A DNA stretch of 64,000 nucleotides from Spirochaetaceae bacterium (GTDB lineage: Bacteria; Spirochaetota; Spirochaetia; DSM-2461): assembly GCA_965224705.1 (NCBI GenBank), contig OZ245056.1:1920001-1984000 (forward strand), read 5' to 3'. The translations under genes and the position numbers were made by a program. The notes beneath the pieces are model-generated. The model ran no database searches and was not told where the DNA came from. It worked only from the letters and a program-made list of their open reading frames with translations. Of this stretch, positions 30,029-39,288 are shown piece after piece; the stretch's first letter is position 1; each line of letters opens with the position of its first letter.

Positions 30029-30829
30029 TTAGAGCTTCTTGATTTCCGCTTCGCTCAGGCCGGTGGCCTTGATGATGAGTTTCATATCGGCTCCGGCAGC
30101 CTTGAAGTTTTTTGCTGTTTGCATTTTGCCTTTTTCCATACCATCATCCCAGGCCTTTTCAAGCTGAGGTCTCATGAGTTCGGTTACATCGGCAACGGGT
30201 ACCATGTTATCCTCCTTGCCCTCAAAGATTGATATTCTCATTATAGTCCCCTTAAGCAGCTTGTCAACAATCTGCTTTGGAAAACCGGACTCCTTAATTT
30301 CAGCCTGGCCGGATAAACGGTCAATATTCCGACAGAATTCGGATAGAAACACACCATCTGGCCCCGATAATCGGATGATTTCTATGTTGATGATGTGAAT
30401 TCTATACATTCCATAGTTGCCGATGAAGTGCCCGGAGCATGCTTCGGTGAAAGATTCTTTGTATTCCCGGATGAATTTCCTGGGAGTTCTGGAACAGATG
30501 AGTGTGATGGTGGTATTGCCGTAATTGGCATCCGGGTTTTCTCTGAGGTAGAGATTTGTGTATATGGAAAGATCGTAGATATCCTGTGCTCTCACGGCAT
30601 CGCCGTATGATTTGTAGCTGATCAGATTGTACGGCGCAAAATAGTTGAAGATGTCGAATTCTACGCTGGCAGTCTTTTGCTTGATAAGGAGGACATCCAG
30701 CCTTTTTGGGCTTTTGAGCATTTCGTGCTCCGTTTCAACCAGATATCCGCAGGAGCCGAAGAACTCCCTTGCCTGTCTTTTGAAAAAGGTGTCCAGGGTA
30801 ATCTGGGCTCTGGGGAGTGTCTTTTCCAT
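30029..30829 (-). CDS. Rpn-like PD-(D/E)XK-fold protein, intact copy C (internal small ORF 30029-30205)
   Basis: Tandem paralog of copy A with the same internal RBS+ATG. Confidence 0.75.
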   Translation of the reverse strand: MEKTLPRAQITLDTFFKRQAREFFGSCGYLVETEHEMLKSPKRLDVLLIKQKTASVEFDIFNYFAPYNLISYKSYGDAVRAQDIYDLSIYTNLYLRENPDANYGNTTITLICSRTPRKFIREYKESFTEACSGHFIGNYGMYRIHIINIEIIRLSGPDGVFLSEFCRNIDRLSGQAEIKESGFPKQIVDKLLKGTIMRISIFEGKEDNMVPVADVTELMRPQLEKAWDDGMEKGKMQTAKNFKAAGADMKLIIKATGLSEAEIKKL

Positions 30830-31280
30830 CGTTGACAGGATAACATGATTTCGAAGACCTATCCATACCGGATTTTTCAATCAAACAGCGTTGCCATTCA
30901 TCTCCAGGCCCCGCATGAAAGCCCCCCAGCCATTTTGATCTTCCCACCTCCGTTGTCTCAAAAAATGTGAAATTTCCTGAAAACGGCACTAAACCGCAGA
31001 GGACGCAGAGGTACGCAGAGAAATATGAGATAAAAATCTGGTCAATAATCACCTAAAACACTCTGCGCTCTCTGCGTCCTCTGCGGTTAAAAAAGCATGA
31101 ATAAGGCTTTCATAATGTCTCAAAGAATAAGGTAAAATTTTCTATCGTGATTTGTGAAGCGTAACGTCTTGTCCAGCGGGGCAGTTTCGGCCAATACGGT
31201 GATAGCGATAAATTCACTATCAATTTCCACTACGATGACAATGTTCTTCTTCCCACAATACCTGCGGGAACAACCTGTAT

Positions 31281-31478
31281 CAAAGGGAATGTTCTTAGAA
31301 GCACATTTCCTACGGAACTATTCATAAATACGCCTCCAACAGGCACAACCGCACAAACGAGTAAGGAAACAGTTTTTGAATTCGCAACTCAATAATTGTC
31401 GGGTTGAATAAGCCAGTATAACAGTATTTCTGAAATCTCCGGATAATCCCGGCTTGGTTTTACTGAGTTGGGATTTTT
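31281..31478 (+). pseudogene. 3'-end remnant of a paralog of the giant lipoprotein plus its downstream DNA
   Basis: Encodes KGNVLRSTFPTELFINTPP...TSKETVFEFATQ*, homologous to 37939-38141 (KGNVLRITFPAGLFKDTP...TSEKTEFEIVIR*) including the trailer. Confidence 0.8.
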
Positions 31479-31642
31479 CACCGATGATGGAAGGGCCTCT
31501 TGCTTGCAGCAGGGGTGCCTCCTCCCGGTTGGATCGGAGTGGCCTGCTGCTTCAACGGCTTTTTCAGTTGACGATCACATTTCACGGCATTATTTTAGGA
31601 TGGAATGCTTTGGTTATACATTTCTTTAAGAAGGAGCACATT

Positions 31643-34600
31643 GTGAGTAATTCAAAAAAAAGAAATTTCGTCTTCATCGGAATAACAGCCGTCCTGATGG
31701 CAGTAACCTTACTGGCCTGCCCATCACCAGCAAAACCGGATCCTCCAGTTGTTGATACGACAAGCCCGGTTGTCGCGGGAACACCGGAACAGGAACCCAG
31801 GGAGAGTGATTCCACATACAAGGTAGCTCTCAGATTCGCCATTACAGAAGAGAATGCTGTTTCCTATGTGTCCGGTGTCACCGACGCAACATTGAAGGCG
31901 GATCTGGGCACCATCACAGTGGGAGGCACAAATCCCTCGAGTGAGGTGCCGACAATTGACTCGGCCACCCTGGATACTGCCAATAAGAAAATCGTCATTA
32001 CCCTCACAGATGGAACAGAACTCATAGAGGGAAACACCCTTACAATAGCTTTTCCCGCCAACATCATCCAGGATGCTGCGGGCAACAAAAACAATGCAGC
32101 CACCCTTGTGGCAACAGTCGTGGAAGATGACACACCGCCGACACTGAAGACTGTCACGGCCAGTGACAGCAGCAGAGACGTCGTGCTCACCTTTGATGAG
32201 TATGTGACCTATAACAGTACTGTTGCAGATCTAAAAGCCGTTTTCACCGTTTACTCGGATGGAAGCAATTCCCCCACGACTGAGATTACAGTGGACGCAG
32301 CTGCAGGAGACCGCACAGACATCATAACGCTCACACTGGCGGAAGACCTGACTGCGGGAAATAAAATAAAAATCGACATCAGCACCGGACTCACCGACCT
32401 TGCCGGTAACGACATTACAAGCCCCATCAGCGAAACAGTCACGGTCGCCGACGGGACGATTCCCAGGCTCAGCAGTATTTCTGCCGACGACTCCCAGGCC
32501 GACATCGTGCTCACTTTCAGTGAGGCCGTGACAGCAGCCGCAGGCGATTTCTCGGTTACCTCGGGTGCCGCAGGTTCTACCTTCCTGCCCATAAAAATAA
32601 ATTCAATAGCTGGAAGCGGCTCGGCAACCATAACCCTCACCCTGGCGGAAACTCCGGCAGTCAATAACATAATCAAGGTTCTTGTTGGTATCGGAGTTAA
32701 AGATGGCGCGGGCAATTCTGTTCTACCCGGAAGCGAAAAATCGGGTGTTGTCGCCGACAAAACCCCTCCCACCCTGAAAGAGATTAAAACCAACAGCAAT
32801 AACCTTGCCCAGGTCACACTCATCTTCAGTGAGAAAGTTACAGCAGAAACGATCGATTTTACGGTCTACTCGGATAGCAGCGATCCCCCCACGACGTTGA
32901 AAACAATCGACAGTATCTCAGGAAGCGGCACGGAAACCATAGTGCTAACCCTGGCAACGGGATCGGCATTGACTGACGGTGAAAACCTCAAGGTCTCCAT
33001 TACGGGAGGACTGACAGACGTTTCCCTGGCCGGGACTCCCAATTCCATTGAGCAAGTTGAGACGACAGTCACTATCGCTGATGATGCTGAAGCCCCAACC
33101 CTGGACAGTATGGATGAGCCGAACGATGTCAGCCGTCGAATCGTGCTCAACTTCAGTGAAGCCGTTGATACAACTAATGCATCAGCCAGTGATTTTACAG
33201 TCACTTCAGATGACCAGGATCCTCCCGCTACGCCCAATGTCGTGCAAAGCTTCACAGGAAGCGGCACGTCCCGTATAACGCTGACTCTGACCGACGATCT
33301 GGTTGCCGGTAACAAGGTGAAAGTCGTCATCAACGGTGTTGCGGACACCGCTGGTAACACTATTACAGCAAATGCCGAAGTGACAGGGACGGTTGTTGAC
33401 CTCTCCCTGCCGACACTGGACAGTCTTTCTGCCGACGACAGCAGCAAAGACATTGCACTCACCTTCAGTGAGGCTGTTGACGCAGAAGCGGGTCATTTTA
33501 GCGTTACCGCAGGCTCCTCGCCGAATACAGTCGCTTCTGTGTCAGGAAGCGGCTCGGCCAGTATAACGCTGACTCTGACCGACGATCTGGTTGCCGGTGA
33601 AACACTCCATGTCGATGTCACGACCGGACTCACCGATGCGGCCGACCATTCCATCAAGGCAGGAACAAGGAAGACAACAGTTGTCGCCGATGCGGTCCTG
33701 CCAACACTGACGGGACTCACAGCCAGCGATGATGCCCCGCGATCCGCAGTCCTTACTTTCAGCGAGAAAGTTGTCGGGGCCGAAACGGGTGATTTTACGG
33801 TATACTCGGACACGGCCGATACCCCTACAACTGTAATTTCTGTAACAGCGGTCAGCGGAGACGGCACAGACACAATAACGCTCACCCTGGCAGAGGATCT
33901 GATTGCCAATGAAAACATCAAAGTCGATATCGCTGATGGCGCAGTGACCGATACCGGTAAGAATCCGATAGCCGCCGCAAGCTCCTCTGTTGAAACCGTT
34001 GCCGATAAAACTGCCCCGACGCTGACTGAACTGTCCGCCAACAGCGGGACAACACAAGCTAAACTCACTTTCAGTGAGCCCGTTACAGCGGAGACCGCTG
34101 ATTTTGAGGCCTACTCGGATGCATACAGCACCCCCGTCACTCCCATTGAGGTGGAATCGGTAGAAGGAAGCGGCACGGCCGACATAACGCTGAATCTGCA
34201 AAACGAACTGGTTTTCGGTAATTCTATTAAAGTCATCGTTCTGGGCACTCTTACAGATACCGCCGATACGCCCCATTCCATACAGCAAATAATAAAATCT
34301 GCAACTATAGCCGATAAATTGCCGCCATCCCTGGAAGAGGTCATACCCGCCGCTGCTAAACAAGTCATGCTCAAATTCAGTGAATCTGTTAAGGCCGTGA
34401 AGGGAGATTTCGACGTCTATTCGGATAGCAATGACGACCCTTCAACACAGAATGATGTCACCGGCATCACAGGAAGTCACTCGTCCACCATAACACTCAC
34501 CCTGACAACCGATCTGGTCGGCGGTGAAAATCTCAAAGTCGTAGTGGGCTCCGGGGTGCTTGATTTCGCCGACAATGCTGCTGCGGCAGACACCTCTATG

Positions 34601-37600
34601 ACAGTTGCCATAGCCGCTGACAACACTGCTCCCACCCTGAGTAGTATTTCTGCCAATGATGGGCGTAAGGAAGTCGTACTCACCTTTGATGAGGCCGTTA
34701 TAGCAGCGATAGGCAACTTCACGGTCTATGCGGATGACAAGGTTGCTCCTGACACCGAAAATGCCGTGATAGGAGTCGCAGGAAGCGGCTCTGAGGAAAT
34801 AAAACTCAGCCTGACCGATGACTTAACGAAAGGAGACAATGTCAGAGTTGACGTCGCAGAAACTCTTACCGACATTGCTGGCAATCAAATTACAGCAGTA
34901 TCCAAAACCGCAGAAATAATAGATGGAACCCCGCCGTTGGTGGAAGGCACTCCTCTTGCTGATAATGATAACAGTGGAGGGGCAAAAATTGCGGTAACCT
35001 TCAGTGAGCCCATTATAGCGGGAACAGAACACTTCTCGGTCCAAACAGGTACTCATCGCCGCACTGTCGACTCTGGCAACGTTTTCTTTGATTTCATTGA
35101 TAATCCCGTTGATAATCCCGTGACAGGCATTGAGGGAACAGACACGGGCGCTGTAACGCTCATATTGCAGAATGATCTAATTGCTTGGGAACGATTCAAA
35201 GTAACCACCAAGGCCGGGATTACCGATACTCATGGAAATGCCCTCATTCAAGAAATCATAAGGGTAGGATTCATCACTGATGCCTTCCCGGCGGCTCTGC
35301 AGGGGATTTCTGCGGATAATGGCTCGCCGCTGCAAGTCGTGCTGACATTTGATAAGCGTGTATATGTCACTGCCACCGATTTCGCGGTCACCTCAGGTCC
35401 TGATGGTAGTCTCACTGACAATGTTGTGACAAGCCTTGCGGGAAGTTCCACGGATACCATAACGCTTACGTTAACAAATGCTCTGACGGCTGGCGAGAAA
35501 ATCAACGTTGTTATCCATGATCCTGACAACGAGATTGAGGATACTGATCAAACAGTAGACATATCCGATGTTATCGCTCCGGCTGCTGTTTCTATCGCTG
35601 CCAATGATGTTGCTGACGGAAATAACGGAAAAGTGGTGATTATATTCGATGAGGCTGTCTCTGTGAATCGGAATCATTTCGCCATCACCTCGGACAGCAA
35701 GGCCGATCCCACGGCTCACAATCCCGTGACAGGCTCTACAGGAGACGGGACCACGGAAATAACACTCACACTTGAAAACAAACTGACAGCGGGTGAGAAC
35801 ATCAAAGTCTTCATTGGAGAGGGAGGGGTAACCGATGCCGCCGGCAATGCAATGCCATCCTGGACCGGCACGGCGGCAATCCTTGACAAAACCCCGCCGT
35901 CCCTGCTGAAAATTGTTATTCCTGATCGTTCGGCGGATCCTGGAGTGGTTGAACTCATCTTCAGTGAACCCGTCGCTGCAGTAAATGATGATTTCACAGT
36001 CACTTCAGGTTCTTCAAGTGACCCCACGACAACCACATATAGTGTGGTTACTCTCTCCGGAACCCAGCCAGACACGTTAAAATTAACTCTGGATAAGGTC
36101 ATTCCATCGACAGACCAGAGTATCAAAGTTGCTGTTGGCACCGAAGTTGCGGATGGTGCTACTCCTGAGAATAATGCAGACTCGCATGAGCTGATCGCTT
36201 CTCTCGATGCTGATACAACGTCGCCAACCCTGGACAGTATTTCCGCTGATGACAGCGCAAAAGAAGTCGTGCTTACCTTCAGTGAGCGTGTCGATACAGA
36301 ATTTTTGACTCATTATGAAGTTTACTCAGGCGGTGTGACGGCCCCTTATGCACTCAACGCCGTTACTGATCTAACCAGCATTGGTGAGAACAAAATAGTA
36401 CTCACCCTGCAAAACGATCTGCTTGCCGGCGAGAACATCAGAGTTGTCGTGAAAGAGACGCTCAAGGATGTGAATGGTAATGCAATCGCAGCCGGAACCG
36501 AAATAACAGAAATCATAGCGGATGCCAGCCCTCCTGTTCTGGAAAGCATTGCCGCCAATTCCGCCGTTCGGGGAGCCGTGCTCACCTTCAGTGAAGCGGT
36601 CAGGGCGGCAAAAAGCGATTTCACGGTGACCACAGGGCCTGCCGGTGATCTTGATCCTAATGAGGTAATCGCCATCAGCGGAGATGGCACGGATACCATA
36701 ACGCTTTTCCTGTCAGTTGATCCGACGGATAAGAGTTACAAGATCAATGTCGCGGTTAAAACCACACTGACCGATCTTGCCGGCCGTTCAATTGCGCCGG
36801 GAGCTGTTTTGGAAGGAGATATATCCAGGCCAGAATACAGGAGCGTATCAACGGTAATGTCATCGGCCATCCGCGGCAGTGTTGTAACTCTCCAATTCAG
36901 TGAAGATGTTGCTCTCAAGACTACTGAGACATTGTCCGTAGGCGATTTCAATGTATACTCCGATGACAAAGCTGAACCGGATGAGCCTGTTGACCTGACG
37001 GGAGCAGCTTTTGACGTCTCTGGTGATACAATAACCATCACACTGGCCAATGATGTTAAGGTACATGGGGGAAATCGTATTAAAGCGGACATCACTCCGG
37101 CTGGATTGGCAAAGCTCCAGGATACTTCGGGGAATGATGCGAAAGGTGCTGTTTCCCATATTGGGGAGGTGAAATATGCCTATACTCCTACCACTAAGGC
37201 TGAACTTAAAGAAGCCATAGACACTGAGATGACCGCCCAGGGCAATACCGCCGATTTGAACATCATCGACACCAGTGCGATCACGGATATGCGGGAGCTC
37301 TTCTCTGCGAGTCGTCGTAATTTCAGTGGTGATATCTCAAGGTGGAATACGGCGAATGTGAAAACAATGTATGGTATGTTCTCTGGTACTAGAGCATTTA
37401 ACCAGGATCTTGTAACGGTTGGAGATATCTGGAATACTTCCAAGGTTACGAACATGGAACGAATGTTCTACGGGGCCACTGCTTTTGCTGGCGATATAAA
37501 AAACTGGGATACATCCAGTGCGACGAATATGGTTCGAATGTTCCAAGGTGCTAGTGGTTTTAATCAGGACTTATCGAATTGGGATGTAGGCAATCTCCAA

Positions 37601-38059
37601 ATAAAAACAGACTTCAATACGAACTCAGGTCTTACTGATGCTCATCTGCCAAAATTTGATGCGGTTGACTTGGCGCCAATTATAACTAGAGTTGAGTCGG
37701 TAGTCCTGAACTCCGGTTCCGGGACTAAGTCCCTCAGTTTCCTGTTAAGCGATATTGATGGTATCGCCTATAATGGGGAGACTTCCGAAAACTCTTTGGA
37801 TAATTTTATATCTGATGTCGAAGTAGAGTTATTCATAGGAACTGGAGACTTCCTCGGTGCAGCGCCGACACTGACTCAGGCTTCATACAGCACAGATTCT
37901 GCAATGATTACGCTCGAGTTCGGTGCAAATACCTATACCAAAGGGAATGTTCTTAGAATTACGTTCCCCGCAGGTCTGTTCAAAGATACGCCGACAGCAG
38001 CATCACATAAAACAGAAAAAACGAGTGAGAAAACAGAATTTGAAATCGTAATTCGATAA
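31643..38059 (+). CDS. Giant surface lipoprotein with about 17 Ig-like repeats and DUF285/BspA-type repeats
   Basis: AAGGAG RBS + GTG; signal ...VLMAVTLLAC; repeats of about 105 aa 'D.TPPTL...VLTFSE.V...ITLTL...TD.AGN'; 'IDTSAITDM..LF...DISRWNT.NV..M..MF...FNQDL..W' near the C-terminus. Confidence 0.85.
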   Translation: MSNSKKRNFVFIGITAVLMAVTLLACPSPAKPDPPVVDTTSPVVAGTPEQEPRESDSTYKVALRFAITEENAVSYVSGVTDATLKADLGTITVGGTNPSSEVPTIDSATLDTANKKIVITLTDGTELIEGNTLTIAFPANIIQDAAGNKNNAATLVATVVEDDTPPTLKTVTASDSSRDVVLTFDEYVTYNSTVADLKAVFTVYSDGSNSPTTEITVDAAAGDRTDIITLTLAEDLTAGNKIKIDISTGLTDLAGNDITSPISETVTVADGTIPRLSSISADDSQADIVLTFSEAVTAAAGDFSVTSGAAGSTFLPIKINSIAGSGSATITLTLAETPAVNNIIKVLVGIGVKDGAGNSVLPGSEKSGVVADKTPPTLKEIKTNSNNLAQVTLIFSEKVTAETIDFTVYSDSSDPPTTLKTIDSISGSGTETIVLTLATGSALTDGENLKVSITGGLTDVSLAGTPNSIEQVETTVTIADDAEAPTLDSMDEPNDVSRRIVLNFSEAVDTTNASASDFTVTSDDQDPPATPNVVQSFTGSGTSRITLTLTDDLVAGNKVKVVINGVADTAGNTITANAEVTGTVVDLSLPTLDSLSADDSSKDIALTFSEAVDAEAGHFSVTAGSSPNTVASVSGSGSASITLTLTDDLVAGETLHVDVTTGLTDAADHSIKAGTRKTTVVADAVLPTLTGLTASDDAPRSAVLTFSEKVVGAETGDFTVYSDTADTPTTVISVTAVSGDGTDTITLTLAEDLIANENIKVDIADGAVTDTGKNPIAAASSSVETVADKTAPTLTELSANSGTTQAKLTFSEPVTAETADFEAYSDAYSTPVTPIEVESVEGSGTADITLNLQNELVFGNSIKVIVLGTLTDTADTPHSIQQIIKSATIADKLPPSLEEVIPAAAKQVMLKFSESVKAVKGDFDVYSDSNDDPSTQNDVTGITGSHSSTITLTLTTDLVGGENLKVVVGSGVLDFADNAAAADTSMTVAIAADNTAPTLSSISANDGRKEVVLTFDEAVIAAIGNFTVYADDKVAPDTENAVIGVAGSGSEEIKLSLTDDLTKGDNVRVDVAETLTDIAGNQITAVSKTAEIIDGTPPLVEGTPLADNDNSGGAKIAVTFSEPIIAGTEHFSVQTGTHRRTVDSGNVFFDFIDNPVDNPVTGIEGTDTGAVTLILQNDLIAWERFKVTTKAGITDTHGNALIQEIIRVGFITDAFPAALQGISADNGSPLQVVLTFDKRVYVTATDFAVTSGPDGSLTDNVVTSLAGSSTDTITLTLTNALTAGEKINVVIHDPDNEIEDTDQTVDISDVIAPAAVSIAANDVADGNNGKVVIIFDEAVSVNRNHFAITSDSKADPTAHNPVTGSTGDGTTEITLTLENKLTAGENIKVFIGEGGVTDAAGNAMPSWTGTAAILDKTPPSLLKIVIPDRSADPGVVELIFSEPVAAVNDDFTVTSGSSSDPTTTTYSVVTLSGTQPDTLKLTLDKVIPSTDQSIKVAVGTEVADGATPENNADSHELIASLDADTTSPTLDSISADDSAKEVVLTFSERVDTEFLTHYEVYSGGVTAPYALNAVTDLTSIGENKIVLTLQNDLLAGENIRVVVKETLKDVNGNAIAAGTEITEIIADASPPVLESIAANSAVRGAVLTFSEAVRAAKSDFTVTTGPAGDLDPNEVIAISGDGTDTITLFLSVDPTDKSYKINVAVKTTLTDLAGRSIAPGAVLEGDISRPEYRSVSTVMSSAIRGSVVTLQFSEDVALKTTETLSVGDFNVYSDDKAEPDEPVDLTGAAFDVSGDTITITLANDVKVHGGNRIKADITPAGLAKLQDTSGNDAKGAVSHIGEVKYAYTPTTKAELKEAIDTEMTAQGNTADLNIIDTSAITDMRELFSASRRNFSGDISRWNTANVKTMYGMFSGTRAFNQDLVTVGDIWNTSKVTNMERMFYGATAFAGDIKNWDTSSATNMVRMFQGASGFNQDLSNWDVGNLQIKTDFNTNSGLTDAHLPKFDAVDLAPIITRVESVVLNSGSGTKSLSFLLSDIDGIAYNGETSENSLDNFISDVEVELFIGTGDFLGAAPTLTQASYSTDSAMITLEFGANTYTKGNVLRITFPAGLFKDTPTAASHKTEKTSEKTEFEIVIR

Positions 38060-38531
38060 CTGCCGGGCTGAATAAGCCAGTATAACAGTATTCTGGAATC
38101 TCTGGATAATCCCAACCTGGTTTTACTGAGTTGGGATTTTTTGCCTGAAACAGGTTCCTGCTCCCGGTCGGAAGAATCTGTCGCTTCAGCAGCAAATCAA
38201 TGTCTGGCTTTAAATGAAACCAGGCTATAACAAGCTTCCTGACACTGAATTTGATTCTGAGTAACCGGAAGCCTGTAAAACCCCTCCGGTGCAATACTGA
38301 CGAATCGCACTCCCCGGCAGCGTTGCCATTCATCTCCAGGCTCTGAAAGCCCCCCTGCATTTTGAGCTTCCCACCTCCGTGCCCTCCGTGAGAAATACCC
38401 CAAACACTCTGCGCTCTCTGCGTCCTCTGCGGTTAAAAAATCATGAATAAGGTTTTCATAGTGTCTCAAAGAATGCGTTAGAATTTTCTATCGTGATTTG
38501 TGAAGCGTAACGTTTTGCGAAAGAATACCCC

Positions 38532-38708
38532 TTAGAGCTTCTTGATTTCCCCTTCGCTCAGGCCGGTGGCCTTGATGATGAGTTTCATATCGGCTCCGGC
38601 GGCCTTGAAGTCTTTGGCAGTTTGCGTTTTGCCTTTTTCCATGCCATCATCCCAGGCCTTTTCAAGCTGAGGTCTCATCAGTTCCGTTACATCGGCAACA
38701 GGTCCCAT
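38532..38708 (-). CDS. Orphan small protein (58 aa), putative RpnS-like antitoxin D
   Basis: GAGGAGG-ATAAT-ATG; MGPVADVTELMRPQLEKAWDDGMEKGKTQTAKDFKAAG...KKL* intact. Confidence 0.6.
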   Translation of the reverse strand: MGPVADVTELMRPQLEKAWDDGMEKGKTQTAKDFKAAGADMKLIIKATGLSEGEIKKL

Positions 38709-38918
38709 ATTATCCTCCTCATTATAGTCCCCTTAAGCAGCTTGTCGACAATCTGCTTTGGAAAACCGGACTCCTTGATTTCAGCCTGACCGGATAAGCG
38801 GTCAATATTCCGACAGAATTCAGATAGAAACACGCCGTCTGGCCCTGATAGCCGGATGATTTCTATGTTGATGATGTGAATTCTGTACATTCCATAGTCG
38901 CCGATGAAGTGACCGGGA
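38532..38918 (-). pseudogene. 3' half of Rpn-like gene with a 22-bp deletion
   Basis: Homologous to about 27704-28124; 5' half absent; deletion just upstream of the internal RBS. Confidence 0.85.
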
Positions 38919-38919
38919 G

Positions 38920-39117
38920 GTGCTAAGGATTACTCTTTCAAACAGCAAAGTCGAGTATCTCGCGGGAGTTCAGTATCCTACCTTCCAGACTGGGACAGGA
39001 GAAGGATCCTTATCGGAGATGGTCGGCAAGGCATATGCACTAACAGCCGGCAGCGGAGATTTCTTCTATGCTTCGGATACAGCAATGAATACCGTAACGA
39101 AGTTATACCTCCCATAA
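38920..39117 (+). pseudogene. C-terminal remnant of a beta-propeller/NHL-like protein
   Basis: Starts at the Rpn breakpoint; 'FFYASDTAMNTVTKL' resembles an NHL repeat; followed by a terminator hairpin. Confidence 0.4.
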
Positions 39118-39126
39118 CCCCCCCCG

Positions 39127-39164
39127 GAGCAGCCGGAGATTCTCTGGCTGCTCTGCCTCTTTTT
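39127..39164 (+). terminator. Rho-independent terminator-like hairpin
   Basis: GAGCAGCCGGAGA-T-TCTCTGGCTGCTC followed by a T-rich run. Confidence 0.65.
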
Positions 39165-39288
39165 TACTCGACTCCATCACTCTTCCGGCTATTTCAAAAC
39201 ATTTCTTCTGTTGAACACCCACAATTTCATTCCTAACCGCTTGACCACAAAAAAGATTCATCTATACTGAATAGAAGGAGAAGTATAT

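Noticed and set aside
23968..31167. CRISPR array or integron attC array interpretation of the leader repeats
   Set aside because: Units are 200-300 bp and separated by whole genes; no cas genes, no IntI, and no convincing RYYYAAC...GTTRRRY paired ends.
17234..31167. Diversity-generating retroelement
   Set aside because: No intact RT. The only RT trace is inside a group II intron. Paralog differences are block-like and not adenine-restricted.
31582..37546. Many minus-strand ORFs within the giant lipoprotein gene
   Set aside because: Antisense shadows of a repetitive Thr/Asp/Val-rich coding sequence.
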